Virus record (IMG/VR): IMGVR_UViG_2639762779_000001
Span: 76,320-140,319 of that record
Length of the DNA: 64,000 nt
Direction: 5' to 3' (one strand)
From: a virus
Taxonomy: Duplodnaviria; Caudoviricetes
Both the position numbers and the translations under genes were made by a program. Shown here piece by piece: positions 41,065 through 50,473 of this stretch (within the stretch, counting starts at the first letter, position 1; every line of letters starts with the position of its first letter). The notes below the pieces were generated by a model. The model did not search any database and had not been told where the DNA came from. It worked only from the letters and a program-made list of their open reading frames with translations.

Positions 41065-42111
41065 TCAGATACAGGTCTCCCTGACGCCCAGGCAGCCTGG
41101 CATGCCGCCCCGCGACGGGTCGGGCATGAACTGCTCCGGATTGTCCCGTATGGCCGTCAGCAATGCGTCCATGTCGAGCGCGTAGAGCCCGCTGTTCGAC
41201 TGCGGGTTGAGTTCGATGACATGCGGTTGCCCGTCGTCATCCAGATACATGTCGATCACATACGGGCCTTTGACCTCATCGCGTATCGCGTGGGCGACCT
41301 CGTATGCGAACGCCTCATACAACCGTGCGATGTCGGGGTGCGATTCGATGCGCCCGTCGTTGCGCGTCTCCTCCATGCGCGGATCATACCGGTCGCCCGT
41401 GTTGTCGGCGGGCGTGAACCGTTCGACGCAGCCGGCGCCGCACACCGGTTCCCCGCCTATCACCTGCACCCGGTATTCGTATCGCATGCGCGCCCGCTGC
41501 TGGACGAGCACCGCGTCCTGCTCGCCCTCGAACAGGGCGAGGTCATAGCCGGCCCACCGCCATGCGGCGAACGGGATACGCTCCGGCTTCCCGCCATACT
41601 CGTCCGACTGTTCGAACGTGCCGTCCGGGTCGATGAACGCGAGCGGCAGTCGTTTCTCCCTGAGCATGAACTTGACAACCACACCCGCACCCGGATGCCG
41701 GTCGAGCATGCCCCGCACCGCCGCATCGATCATGTCCCCGTCGCAGGCGACGGATCGCACGTCGCGTCCCAGAAACGGGCGCAACGAGGGCATGAGATCC
41801 CACCGGTCGACGTTCGAGGCGGGCAACGTCAGCTGATCCATATACGGCCTGATTCTCACCACGCCGTAATGGGCGAGCGTCATCGGATCCGGCCCCTCAT
41901 ACGATCGGCCGGCCACGCGCACATGCGGGTTCGGGAGGATACGGGTGGCGGCCTCCAGGCGCGCCGCCTGTTCGCGCCAATCCTCCGGATCCCCGTCGCC
42001 GGGAGTCACCTTGCCGACATGCCGCTCCCATGCGGCGCGGTACGGTTCCGGCGCGTCCATCACGTCGGGCGGGCATTCCTGGGGAATGATGTCGATAAGC
42101 CAGCCGGTCAT
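41065..42111 (-). CDS. ATP-grasp protein, R2K clade
   Basis: VVKF, EYRVQVIGG, YVIDM, VIELNP..NSGLY. Confidence 0.75.
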   Translation of the reverse strand: MTGWLIDIIPQECPPDVMDAPEPYRAAWERHVGKVTPGDGDPEDWREQAARLEAATRILPNPHVRVAGRSYEGPDPMTLAHYGVVRIRPYMDQLTLPASNVDRWDLMPSLRPFLGRDVRSVACDGDMIDAAVRGMLDRHPGAGVVVKFMLREKRLPLAFIDPDGTFEQSDEYGGKPERIPFAAWRWAGYDLALFEGEQDAVLVQQRARMRYEYRVQVIGGEPVCGAGCVERFTPADNTGDRYDPRMEETRNDGRIESHPDIARLYEAFAYEVAHAIRDEVKGPYVIDMYLDDDGQPHVIELNPQSNSGLYALDMDALLTAIRDNPEQFMPDPSRGGMPGCLGVRETCI

Positions 42112-42488
42112 TCGAAATCCCTATCGGTCAGCAGGTTCCCCTTCTGGTCGAGCATCAGCATACCGCCGTGCGGATGCCGTTCGCGCAGTTCACGTGCGGT
42201 TTCCGCGCCGTATCCCAGGTATTCGAGCGAATACATGCTGTCCGGCGAACCCAGGTCGAGGTTCAGCGGGTCGGTATCGCCCAGCACATATCGGTCCAAC
42301 GCCCTCATGGCCAGCCGGAACGCCTCGTACCGGGAGGGCAGGCCGGCCGGCCGTCCCCATGATGGCATCATGCCGGTGAAGATCGTGATGCCAAGCACTT
42401 CCATTGATCGTTCGCATGGCCCGTAATGGTCTGCCAGCCGCCAGCAGATGCAACCGGATTCGTATGCCACGAGTTTTTCGGGATCCAT
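42108..42488 (-). CDS. hypothetical protein
   Basis: Overlapping start/stop with both neighbours. Confidence 0.65.
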   Translation of the reverse strand: MDPEKLVAYESGCICWRLADHYGPCERSMEVLGITIFTGMMPSWGRPAGLPSRYEAFRLAMRALDRYVLGDTDPLNLDLGSPDSMYSLEYLGYGAETARELRERHPHGGMLMLDQKGNLLTDRDFE

Positions 42489-43909
42489 TATTCTCCTTCC
42501 AGTTCGGGTATCCAGTTTTCGACCATCGGACGGCGCTTCGATGCCGGCACCGCCTGCCCGTAGAAGGTGGAGCGTTCGGCGGGCGCCATATCGATGAGCC
42601 AATACTCGTCGCCGTCGCGCATGATGTCGAGCGACCATTGGCCCGCCAGATCCAGGCCGGGCAGGAGTTCACGCACGTGTGCGGCCACCGTGTCCTTCGA
42701 TTCCTCGTATTCGCGCATCAACGAGGGTTCTCGCATCCCGTAGGTGACCGCATCATGCCGCATGTGCGGGTTGGAGGCGTCGGGCGCGTCACGGAACCGT
42801 TTGTTCATGACTTCGGGATCCCAGTACGGGTGGATGCCCAGCAGCTCCTTCGTGTCGCAGTCGATGAAGCACCGGTATTCGCATCGCAGCGGCAGGCCCA
42901 TGTAGATGGTCGGCAGTCCAAGCCGGTCGGGGATGTATTCTCGCACCACGAACTCGTTGGTCGTGGAGACACCGTACATGGCGGGCTCGTTCAGGGGGCC
43001 TGCCATGTCGACCGCCTGCGACTGGATGTACAGCAGGTATTCGCCGATCTGGGCGACTTCGTGCGGATCGTCGACGTGCGCGTTCCGGTAGTCGTATTTG
43101 CTGGAATACGTGCCGGTCTTGAGGAAATACGATTCGTTCGGGTCGAGTCCGAACGCGGCCTGGGCCCACCGGTCCACGACATCCAACGTGGCGGCGGTCA
43201 GGGACTCGTATTCGACGCGCGACAATTGCAACAGGGTCAACGGCGCTTTGGCTATCGTGGTCTTCGGGATGCGGAAGAACGTCTTGTCTTCGTTCGCCTT
43301 GACCAATGTGGGCAGCCAATGGCCTATGCTCGCCGGGTTCATGTCGAGCATTCGGTACATGACCGGATCCAGGTCGAGCAGGTCGAGGCCGGTGCGGAAC
43401 ATGCCGTACGCCTCATGCCGTTGCCTCGCGGAACGTTTCGGATCCGTGGCGCGCCGCCACATATCCAACAGGAGCGGATAGTTCACCGCATCAATCTGAC
43501 GGTGGATGAGCTCGCCCGCCAACTGGGGGCGCTCCCCCGTCTGCAGGGCATTCACGTCCGATTCCGTCACATACTTTTCCGGGACGGGAGCCAATGCCGG
43601 AATCGTGGTCAGACGTTCCCCGTCGAACCGGATGACGCCTGTATCCGACAGCAGTTCGCGCACGATGCGCGCATCCAACGCCAACGCCTCGTCCGACAGC
43701 CCGTGTCCGGAACGGGATTCGACAACGGTCTTCGCGTCCGGACCCAATGGTCCCGTGGGCGCATTCTTCCGGTCGAGCACGTTCGCATGGTAGGAGCGTT
43801 CGAACTCGCGCAATAGTCCGGGCGTGGTGCTGAGCATGGCGGCCGCCGTGTCCACGTCCAACGGTTGCGGTTTATCCGCGTGCGGCAGCCGGTCGAGAAA
43901 GCCGGTCAT
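42488..43909 (-). CDS. R2K/Cdc123-like ATP-grasp protein
   Basis: YFLKTG..SSKYD, VVREYI, EYRCF, WSLDI, WLIDMAP; GGAGG RBS. Confidence 0.7.
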   Translation of the reverse strand: MTGFLDRLPHADKPQPLDVDTAAAMLSTTPGLLREFERSYHANVLDRKNAPTGPLGPDAKTVVESRSGHGLSDEALALDARIVRELLSDTGVIRFDGERLTTIPALAPVPEKYVTESDVNALQTGERPQLAGELIHRQIDAVNYPLLLDMWRRATDPKRSARQRHEAYGMFRTGLDLLDLDPVMYRMLDMNPASIGHWLPTLVKANEDKTFFRIPKTTIAKAPLTLLQLSRVEYESLTAATLDVVDRWAQAAFGLDPNESYFLKTGTYSSKYDYRNAHVDDPHEVAQIGEYLLYIQSQAVDMAGPLNEPAMYGVSTTNEFVVREYIPDRLGLPTIYMGLPLRCEYRCFIDCDTKELLGIHPYWDPEVMNKRFRDAPDASNPHMRHDAVTYGMREPSLMREYEESKDTVAAHVRELLPGLDLAGQWSLDIMRDGDEYWLIDMAPAERSTFYGQAVPASKRRPMVENWIPELEGE

Positions 43910-44379
43910 GATTCCTCCAGATCCCTGATTTGTTGCTCCAGTTTCCCGCAGGTCTTCGCCTGACCCAACGCCTTGCGCAGCCGTGGCACCAGCTCCTCGC
44001 ATGAAAGTTGCCGACTGTCCTGCGGTATCGCCTCCAACAGTTCCTGCAACGTGTCCAATCCGTCATCCAACAGGGCTTTCAAGGTATTCGTTTCCCGATT
44101 TCTCCTCAACACGTCGATCCACGCTTCGGCAAGGCGGCCGCCCTCGAACAGGCGTCCGCCATGCCATTTCGCAAACACCCTGCCTCCATCGAATGCGAGA
44201 ATCGTACGTGTCCGGTCGTACCGTTCCACCGGCTCCCCGTTCATGTCCACGCGGCCCAGATACAATGCCGTCCCATCATCGTCATCGGTGAACGACCAGA
44301 CATGATAGTGCGGATCCTCGCGGCGCAACCGTTCCTCCGCCATGCCGGCGAACCGGATTTCAGTATCGATTTTGTCCAT
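43906..44379 (-). CDS. hypothetical protein
   Basis: AAGGA RBS; ATGA overlap. Confidence 0.7.
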   Translation of the reverse strand: MDKIDTEIRFAGMAEERLRREDPHYHVWSFTDDDDGTALYLGRVDMNGEPVERYDRTRTILAFDGGRVFAKWHGGRLFEGGRLAEAWIDVLRRNRETNTLKALLDDGLDTLQELLEAIPQDSRQLSCEELVPRLRKALGQAKTCGKLEQQIRDLEES

Positions 44380-44531
44380 CAGTTGTTCCTTTCCGCATCG
44401 GTTCCCGTATGCGTTCCACATTTCGATGCCGCCATCGGAATGTTCCGGCTCTTCTCGGAAGGATGGTGGATATTACAAAATGGGTGTACATTTGTATACA
44501 TATATGTATATATTCCTTTTGGAGGTTTGCG

Positions 44532-44816
44532 ATGGCAGCAGAAACGATCACCGTCCCATTGGACACGATTGTTCCGATCAGCAAATTCGGACGCGCGGGG
44601 GCAAGCGGCGAATTCGCCAAGGTCGAGGACGATACGCCGGTCACCGTGCTCCGCAACGGAGAACCCACCTATTTCATCATCAACGCGCACGACTACCGCA
44701 TCTACCGGCAGGCGGTCATAGCTGCCGAAAACAGGCAGGCGAGACACGAGGCGCTGAACGGTATCGGCAAAAGGTTCGGCAGCGTGGACGATCTGATGGC
44801 GGACCTCGATGCTTAA
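44532..44816 (+). CDS. Phd/YefM-family antitoxin
   Basis: GGAGG RBS; VPISKF...PVTVLRNGEP; palindromic AT-rich operator at 44485-44512. Confidence 0.85.
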   Translation: MAAETITVPLDTIVPISKFGRAGASGEFAKVEDDTPVTVLRNGEPTYFIINAHDYRIYRQAVIAAENRQARHEALNGIGKRFGSVDDLMADLDA

Positions 44817-45111
44817 CGACATATCCCGGACGCCTACCTTCGAACGAGACTGGAAACGTCTGAGACGGAAGCACTACGATTCCGCCAAACTGCGTAAGGC
44901 GATACAAACCCTGATGGCCGAAGACGCGGATACGCTGATCCACACGTACCGGGATCACTCGCTGAAAGGCGAATGGGCGGGATTCCGCGAACTCCACATC
45001 GAGGGTGACTGGCTTCTTATCTACCGGATCGATCATGGCGAACTGTGCCTCGTGCTCACCCGCACCGGCTCGCACGATGCCTTGTTCGGTCGTGGAGGGA
45101 AGAACTTCTGA
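44809..45111 (+). CDS. yafQ: YafQ-family mRNA interferase toxin
   Basis: FERDWK, YRDHSLKGEW.GFRELHI.GDWLLIY, RTGSH. Confidence 0.92.
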   Translation: MLNDISRTPTFERDWKRLRRKHYDSAKLRKAIQTLMAEDADTLIHTYRDHSLKGEWAGFRELHIEGDWLLIYRIDHGELCLVLTRTGSHDALFGRGGKNF

Positions 45112-45116
45112 CCGGT

Positions 45117-45467
45117 TCACGACGACACTTCGACCAGGATCAGTCCGACAATCGCAAACGCGAGAATCCATACACCGAACAGCACGTACCGTGCGCAGCG
45201 CATGCCCGTCAGATACCGGTCGAACATGCGGTTCCGTTCGTCGAGCATCCGATACCAGTCTTTCTCGCATCGGTCGAAATCGGCGGCGGTCATGCCGATA
45301 CCACCGTAGGATTCCAGATGCTCACGCAGGGACGGCATCGACGGCGCCGGCCACGGTTCAAACCGGAGCGGGCGGAAGCACATCGCATCCCATGCGACAC
45401 GCAATCCACGTCGGAAACCGGCCCTGAAGCCGCTGCCCATGTAGTCCATCAACCTCTCCTGTTCCAT
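45117..45467 (-). CDS. hypothetical protein with C-terminal TM
   Basis: Operon context; hydrophobic C-terminus. Confidence 0.55.
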   Translation of the reverse strand: MEQERLMDYMGSGFRAGFRRGLRVAWDAMCFRPLRFEPWPAPSMPSLREHLESYGGIGMTAADFDRCEKDWYRMLDERNRMFDRYLTGMRCARYVLFGVWILAFAIVGLILVEVSS

Positions 45468-45703
45468 TTCTCGACCGCCGAATACAGGCAGGTGACACGG
45501 GTCTGGAACGATGGGTCGATCGGAACGTACCGGCCCGGCATGTTCCCGCCGCAGTCGCAGCGCACCGTGTACCGTTCCGTCGTATCGTTCACATCATCGT
45601 CGATTCGTGGCGTGCCGGCGCAGAACGGGCATGGTTCCAACGTCTCGTGTTCGACCGTCGCATGCCTGTTGTTGCGGGAATCCCAGATTCCTGTGGTCTC
45701 CAT
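45449..45703 (-). CDS. Lar-family restriction alleviation protein
   Basis: LEPCPFC...VRCDCG...AVEKWNRR. Confidence 0.8.
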   Translation of the reverse strand: METTGIWDSRNNRHATVEHETLEPCPFCAGTPRIDDDVNDTTERYTVRCDCGGNMPGRYVPIDPSFQTRVTCLYSAVEKWNRRG

Positions 45704-47040
45704 CAGAGCCTGCCCTTCCGCCTGTTTCGTTCCAGACAGTCGCCCATCGCCCGTCCGACCTCCTCATCGGTGATGCCGAACGCCGTGATCAGGTTGCCTA
45801 CCGTCTGCAGCACGTCGGCCAGTTCGTCGAGCATGGCCTGGCGGCGCTGGTCGCGCACATGGCCTATCCAGCCGGCCTTCGCCTTGTCCCAGTCGTCGCC
45901 GAGCTCGCCGCCCACGTTAACCCCGTAGCAGGCGAGACAGTTCGCATGGTCGTCGAACTGGTCGCCGATATGGCTCGGATCGGTCGGATCGCAGGCCTTC
46001 AAATACTGTTTGCACGCCTCCACGAGTTCGGCCGACTCTTCGAGGTTCTTGACGGCCAGCCACTTGTCCCGTTCCAGACGGCCGAACGATCGGACATCCG
46101 GGAGATGCACGGTGCGGCTCCCCTCATGGATCGGAGTGGAATCGCCGGATTCCGGCTTCCATGGGACCTCTTCGACGGTTTGGAGCGAATACCGGGTGTA
46201 CGGGCCATGCGCGGACGGTTCCCCGGAATCGTCGTCAAGCTCTTCGGCCATCCAGTCATGGTTGTTCCAAATCCTCACCCGACGTTCCCCGGACACCGCC
46301 AACAGGTTCCCGTCCTTGTCCATCCACACGCCCGGCAGGTTCGGGATCGGCGCGGAACCGACCGGAATGCCGAGTCGGAGCCGTGCGCATGAGCCCAAAC
46401 CCCCGTCCAGGAAACCTCCGCCCGAATCGAACAGGAACAGGCGCTTCCCGCCGCCGTCCCCGAAGACGACGCCGGACCCGGCATGTCCGAACCTCCACAG
46501 GCCGTTCTCCTCCGGCAGACTCTTCCGAATCTCCTTGATACGAGCCAGCAGAGACGATGCGGGTTCGGACATATCATCATCCCAACCATGATCGGCGATC
46601 CACGGCTTGCACCAGTCAAAACGAACGGCTTCATCATCCTTCGGATTGAAGTCGCAGCGTGCCCACGGGCCCCATTCGTGGAGCATCCTCACGGTGATGC
46701 CGAAACACGGCGCGCATTCCCATTCGCGGCCTGGTTCCTTCAGCCGGAAGATGTGCCCGTCGATCCCGTCGCCGCCCGTGATGAGCCAGAGCGTGCCGTT
46801 CGCGTCGCACCAGCATCCCGCCGTGTCGGGCATGGCGGCGAGCCCGGCCCCGATCAGTTTCGGCCCTTTCCATTCGGCTTGACGGAACGGCGCGGCCCGT
46901 TCCACCCGCTCCCCGGACAGGACCATGCCGGTATCCGGGTCGCGCATCCTGAGCTCGCCGGATTCCATGCAGGCCACGACCGTTTTCTCGTTCGCATCCC
47001 GCCATAGTCCGGGCTTATCCGGTTTCCCATGGTCGCTCAA
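45703..47040 (-). CDS. repeat protein fused to MazG-like NTP pyrophosphohydrolase
   Basis: GGAGA RBS before TTG 47040; four PxxxGxWxDxxG-type repeats; KNLEESAEL...DELADVLQ. Confidence 0.75.
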   Translation of the reverse strand: MSDHGKPDKPGLWRDANEKTVVACMESGELRMRDPDTGMVLSGERVERAAPFRQAEWKGPKLIGAGLAAMPDTAGCWCDANGTLWLITGGDGIDGHIFRLKEPGREWECAPCFGITVRMLHEWGPWARCDFNPKDDEAVRFDWCKPWIADHGWDDDMSEPASSLLARIKEIRKSLPEENGLWRFGHAGSGVVFGDGGGKRLFLFDSGGGFLDGGLGSCARLRLGIPVGSAPIPNLPGVWMDKDGNLLAVSGERRVRIWNNHDWMAEELDDDSGEPSAHGPYTRYSLQTVEEVPWKPESGDSTPIHEGSRTVHLPDVRSFGRLERDKWLAVKNLEESAELVEACKQYLKACDPTDPSHIGDQFDDHANCLACYGVNVGGELGDDWDKAKAGWIGHVRDQRRQAMLDELADVLQTVGNLITAFGITDEEVGRAMGDCLERNRRKGRL

Positions 47041-47158
47041 TCGTCTTCTCCTATCTGTTTGTCCAGCCATGTTTCGGCCTCGTCCAAAGTCGCGCATTGT
47101 TTTCGCACGCTGTTCTCCACACCGGATGGCTGCCTGATGAGCAGTATCACCCCATTGC

Positions 47159-48019
47159 TTAATCCCATTTCGGTTTGATGGTGGCGACGTGGCGGGCGAC
47201 TAGGCCGGTCGGATCGATGATGGTCACGTCCAGGGCGGTCCTGTCGCCTTTCAGGTATTTCCCGTAACGGACGGCGAACCGTTCGAGTATCCTCGGCTGG
47301 TCCGCGAACATGGTCAAATCCACGCAGAACCGTCTGTGCGGCAGCCGGTCGAGCGTATGCGCGGTTATCGCCCACAGTTCGCGTCCCGCCCGTTCCAATG
47401 CGCCGGTCGCGTTGGCGACGACGGGGCGCAACGGGAGGAACCCCGGATACCGTTCCGCCCGGTCGAGCAGGCCGAGCCGGTCGGGGAACCGCATGCTGGT
47501 CAGGTTCACGCCATAATCGACGGGCCTGTCGAGCCGGCCATGGTAGGCGAACAGGAATTGGGTGCCGAGCAGGCGGATGCCGGTCGCATCCAGGAGAACA
47601 TCCCCCGTCAGGGCGTTCAGCGTGTTCGCGAGACGTTTCGCCGTGTTCTCGCCCGGCGTCGGCTCCGACGGGATGATGAGGATCCGGTCCGGGGTCTCCG
47701 CGACGAAGCAGGCGCACCCTTCGGCCATCTCCATGGGTTTCAGGCCGTCGGCGATCGGGTTCGGCTCCCACTTGTCGCCATCCGTGAGATGACGTGCGCA
47801 GGATTCCAGGTCCGCGATGATCGCGTCCGCGTTCATGTACGTGGCGTACAGACGTCGCCAATGAGCGCGAACCTGTTCCATAATCTTCGGATCGTCGCAG
47901 GACAGATGGCCTATCCCGTTCTCCGCGTCGTTGATGGCGGCGGCGAGCCCGCGGCGGGCGACCGCCAGCATCATCCTCGCCTCGGTGTTCTGTTCGAGCG
48001 TGAAATCATGACCGTTCAA
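47159..48019 (-). CDS. hypothetical protein
   Basis: GGAGG RBS before TTG 48019. Confidence 0.7.
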   Translation of the reverse strand: MNGHDFTLEQNTEARMMLAVARRGLAAAINDAENGIGHLSCDDPKIMEQVRAHWRRLYATYMNADAIIADLESCARHLTDGDKWEPNPIADGLKPMEMAEGCACFVAETPDRILIIPSEPTPGENTAKRLANTLNALTGDVLLDATGIRLLGTQFLFAYHGRLDRPVDYGVNLTSMRFPDRLGLLDRAERYPGFLPLRPVVANATGALERAGRELWAITAHTLDRLPHRRFCVDLTMFADQPRILERFAVRYGKYLKGDRTALDVTIIDPTGLVARHVATIKPKWD

Positions 48020-48326
48020 TCGGGATCTCCTCCTTGATGCATTCGGGGCATTGCCCGTCCTTCCATCCGGCCGGGTCGGCCATGATGTTCGTGCATGTCG
48101 CGCATTCGGGCAGCCGGTGCGCCGGACAGTATTGCATGTCGCGTTCCAATTCGGGATGCTCGTCCCTGTACAGGATCTGCCAGCCGGCATCCATGCGCGC
48201 ATCGTTCAGCAGATCGTCCTCGTCCGCATACCATTCGCCGTCGTCGAACCGTTGCTCGCAGTTGGGGTCGTCGCATTCGATCATGTACCAGTCGCGTCCA
48301 TCGAATGTTTCTTCGATTCTTGCCAT
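48006..48326 (-). CDS. Cys-rich zinc-finger protein
   Basis: CDDPNC, YCPAH, CATC, CPEC. Confidence 0.7.
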   Translation of the reverse strand: MARIEETFDGRDWYMIECDDPNCEQRFDDGEWYADEDDLLNDARMDAGWQILYRDEHPELERDMQYCPAHRLPECATCTNIMADPAGWKDGQCPECIKEEIPIERS

Positions 48327-48577
48327 CAGCCCTCCCTCTCTTTTTCGTATTCGAGTTCGTTGACGCAGCAGGCGCACAGTCCATCCACCAGATTGGGGCA
48401 CATGTCGCCGCAGCGGCGGCAACGGCCGGCCTCCGGCACGCGGTCCATCCGGTCGAACAGGTAGTCGCCCATCGCGTTGATGTCGATGCGGCCGGCCTTG
48501 CCGTGCAGGTATCCGGCCAGCATCCTCTTCAGTTCGCGGCGGGCCACCTGCCTCGATTCGTTCCCCTTTGAAGCCAT
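48326..48577 (-). CDS. small protein with C-terminal CxxC..CxxC, paralog of 48579..48755
   Basis: RRELK...YL.G...D...MGD.LFD. Confidence 0.7.
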   Translation of the reverse strand: MASKGNESRQVARRELKRMLAGYLHGKAGRIDINAMGDYLFDRMDRVPEAGRCRRCGDMCPNLVDGLCACCVNELEYEKEREG

Positions 48578-48578
48578 G

Positions 48579-48755
48579 TCACTCCCTTTCCAACCGGATT
48601 TCGTATTCCGGGGTTTCGACCATCCCGTCGTCGAACAGGAAGTCGCCCATATGCTCCACGTCGACGGGCAGCCCGCTCCCGTAGAGGTATTCGGCGATCG
48701 CGTTCTTCAGTTCGCGCCGGGGCACCATGCGGGCGTCGTCATCGTGTTTCGCCAT
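48579..48755 (-). CDS. small hypothetical protein
   Basis: GGAGG RBS; homologous to downstream ORF. Confidence 0.65.
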   Translation of the reverse strand: MAKHDDDARMVPRRELKNAIAEYLYGSGLPVDVEHMGDFLFDDGMVETPEYEIRLERE

Positions 48756-49344
48756 GATTCCCTCCTCCATCACGTGTTTCATCGATCCCGGCGAGCAGCT
48801 TCGAGAACATGCCCGATATGGCGCGCGCCCGGTCGCCGTTATCCCCGGTCGCGAAACGGTGGAGCTCCCACTGGTCGGCGGCCGCCGTCAGCAGTCGGAG
48901 CGCCTCCGGCACGTGATCCATGGACGGCTGCGGCACGGCCGGTTCCGCCGTTTCGGGCAGATAGCGCCATGACTGCGGCGCGTGCTTCAAACCGACTTCC
49001 GACAGGGTCTTCGGCCTGTCGTATCTGACGGGCGACTCCAATCGGTATGCGTACAGGCGGTCGGCGCCCTGCGCGTATTCGTCGAATTCCTCTTTCGACA
49101 AGCCGGATGCGGGACCGTATTTCCTCCAGATGACATCCGGCATCGCGGCGTGCATGCCCTTCACCCGAACCTCTCCGACGATCAGGCCGGTGCCGGTCCG
49201 GTAGACGAGCATCCGGCCGATCATCCGGCTCATGCGGCTGCGCCGGATTTCGATGGTTTTCTCCCCGTCCAGGATGAGATCCGCCCACTTGGGTTTCAGC
49301 GCGAACACGGCCGCCGAGACCCGGATTCCGTCATTCATCGTCAA
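48739..49344 (-). CDS. ASCH-domain protein
   Basis: LKPKWADLILDGEKTIEIRR (GxKxxExR), APQSWRY. Confidence 0.85.
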   Translation of the reverse strand: MTMNDGIRVSAAVFALKPKWADLILDGEKTIEIRRSRMSRMIGRMLVYRTGTGLIVGEVRVKGMHAAMPDVIWRKYGPASGLSKEEFDEYAQGADRLYAYRLESPVRYDRPKTLSEVGLKHAPQSWRYLPETAEPAVPQPSMDHVPEALRLLTAAADQWELHRFATGDNGDRARAISGMFSKLLAGIDETRDGGGNHGETR

Positions 49345-49603
49345 TCTCCTCCCATTCCATGCCGTATGCGGCCCTGACCGCGACGGTCGCGATGCCTTCC
49401 CGCTGGCTTTTGGTCAGCCACGGGTATCGTTCCAATGCGCGGCGGACGCGCCTAATCGCCTGCTTGTCCGCGCATCGCATGGCCCCGTCCATCCAGCCCA
49501 GCTGGTAGGCGTTCACGAGCCCGCAGGCGCGCAGCGTGGCGTCCGGCGTGGTTTCGACCCACCGGGCCGCGGCATCGGCGCTCTCATCCAACGGGTTCGT
49601 CAT
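49331..49603 (-). CDS. hypothetical protein
   Basis: GGAGG RBS; overlaps neighbours. Confidence 0.6.
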   Translation of the reverse strand: MTNPLDESADAAARWVETTPDATLRACGLVNAYQLGWMDGAMRCADKQAIRRVRRALERYPWLTKSQREGIATVAVRAAYGMEWEEIDDE

Positions 49604-49826
49604 CCCGGCCTCCCTCGTTCGCGATTGTCTGGAGAATGCCCGCCAGACAGCCGATTTCGCCGGGACTCAACCGGATTCGGCGGATCGTGCCGCCGTCGTC
49701 GGTGGACAGCACCCACGTGCGGACGCCGTGTCGGCCGTCGCCCGGCAGCCAGGTGAGGCTCGTATGCCCGCATGAGGCGCCCGTGATCATGCCAGCGCGG
49801 CGTTCGACTTCGATTTCCGGCTTCAT
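49584..49826 (-). CDS. hypothetical protein
   Basis: GGAGG RBS; ATGA overlap. Confidence 0.6.
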   Translation of the reverse strand: MKPEIEVERRAGMITGASCGHTSLTWLPGDGRHGVRTWVLSTDDGGTIRRIRLSPGEIGCLAGILQTIANEGGRDDEPVG

Positions 49827-50377
49827 CGCGCACCTCCCAGGATCAGGGGCACGGCGGCCCAACGGTGGAACACGCGGCCCGGCGCGGCCCTGCAGTACGC
49901 GTGGTCCGGATGCAACACGGTCACGCCCTCCGCGGCCATCGCCTCCAACGTGTCCGGCCTGTCGTCGATCAGCACGTCCGGCGTGAGCAGCGTCTTGTCG
50001 CCGTTGTAGTAGCCGTCGAAACGGAAGCCGTTGCGGTGCAGCCAGCGTTGGCTTTCGCCGCGCCAGTCATCCGTGCGGCTGGTCGCCATGATCACCCGCC
50101 AGCCCGCATCGTGCAGATGGTTCAAGGCTTCGGCGGCTCCCGTATACGGTTCTTCTCTGGAGTACAAGCCGTCGGCGACGGCGCGCGTATGCCACCATCG
50201 GAACGATTTCGCATCCCCGCTGAACGGCCATCCGTCGGTCAGCGTGAAATCGTAGGCCGTCGGTTCCGGGCACGGGCATTCGTCCTCGCCATGTCCGCAT
50301 TCGCGGATGTAGTCGCGCAGCCCGTTCGTGTAGTCGGCGACGGTGTTGTCGATGTCCACCAGAATGGTCTTGCTCAA
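49823..50377 (-). CDS. HAD phosphatase (5'(3')-nucleotidase / Pnkp 3'-phosphatase-like)
   Basis: ILVDIDNTV (DxDxT), ATSR, K, LIDDRP. Confidence 0.88.
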   Translation of the reverse strand: MSKTILVDIDNTVADYTNGLRDYIRECGHGEDECPCPEPTAYDFTLTDGWPFSGDAKSFRWWHTRAVADGLYSREEPYTGAAEALNHLHDAGWRVIMATSRTDDWRGESQRWLHRNGFRFDGYYNGDKTLLTPDVLIDDRPDTLEAMAAEGVTVLHPDHAYCRAAPGRVFHRWAAVPLILGGAR

Positions 50378-50473
50378 AACAATTCTCTCTTTCCGAGTTT
50401 TCCGCCGGTTCGTCGAGCCGGGCATCGACGGCTTCGCTCTTGTGCCCGCAGGAGCCGCAGGGTATGTCATGTC

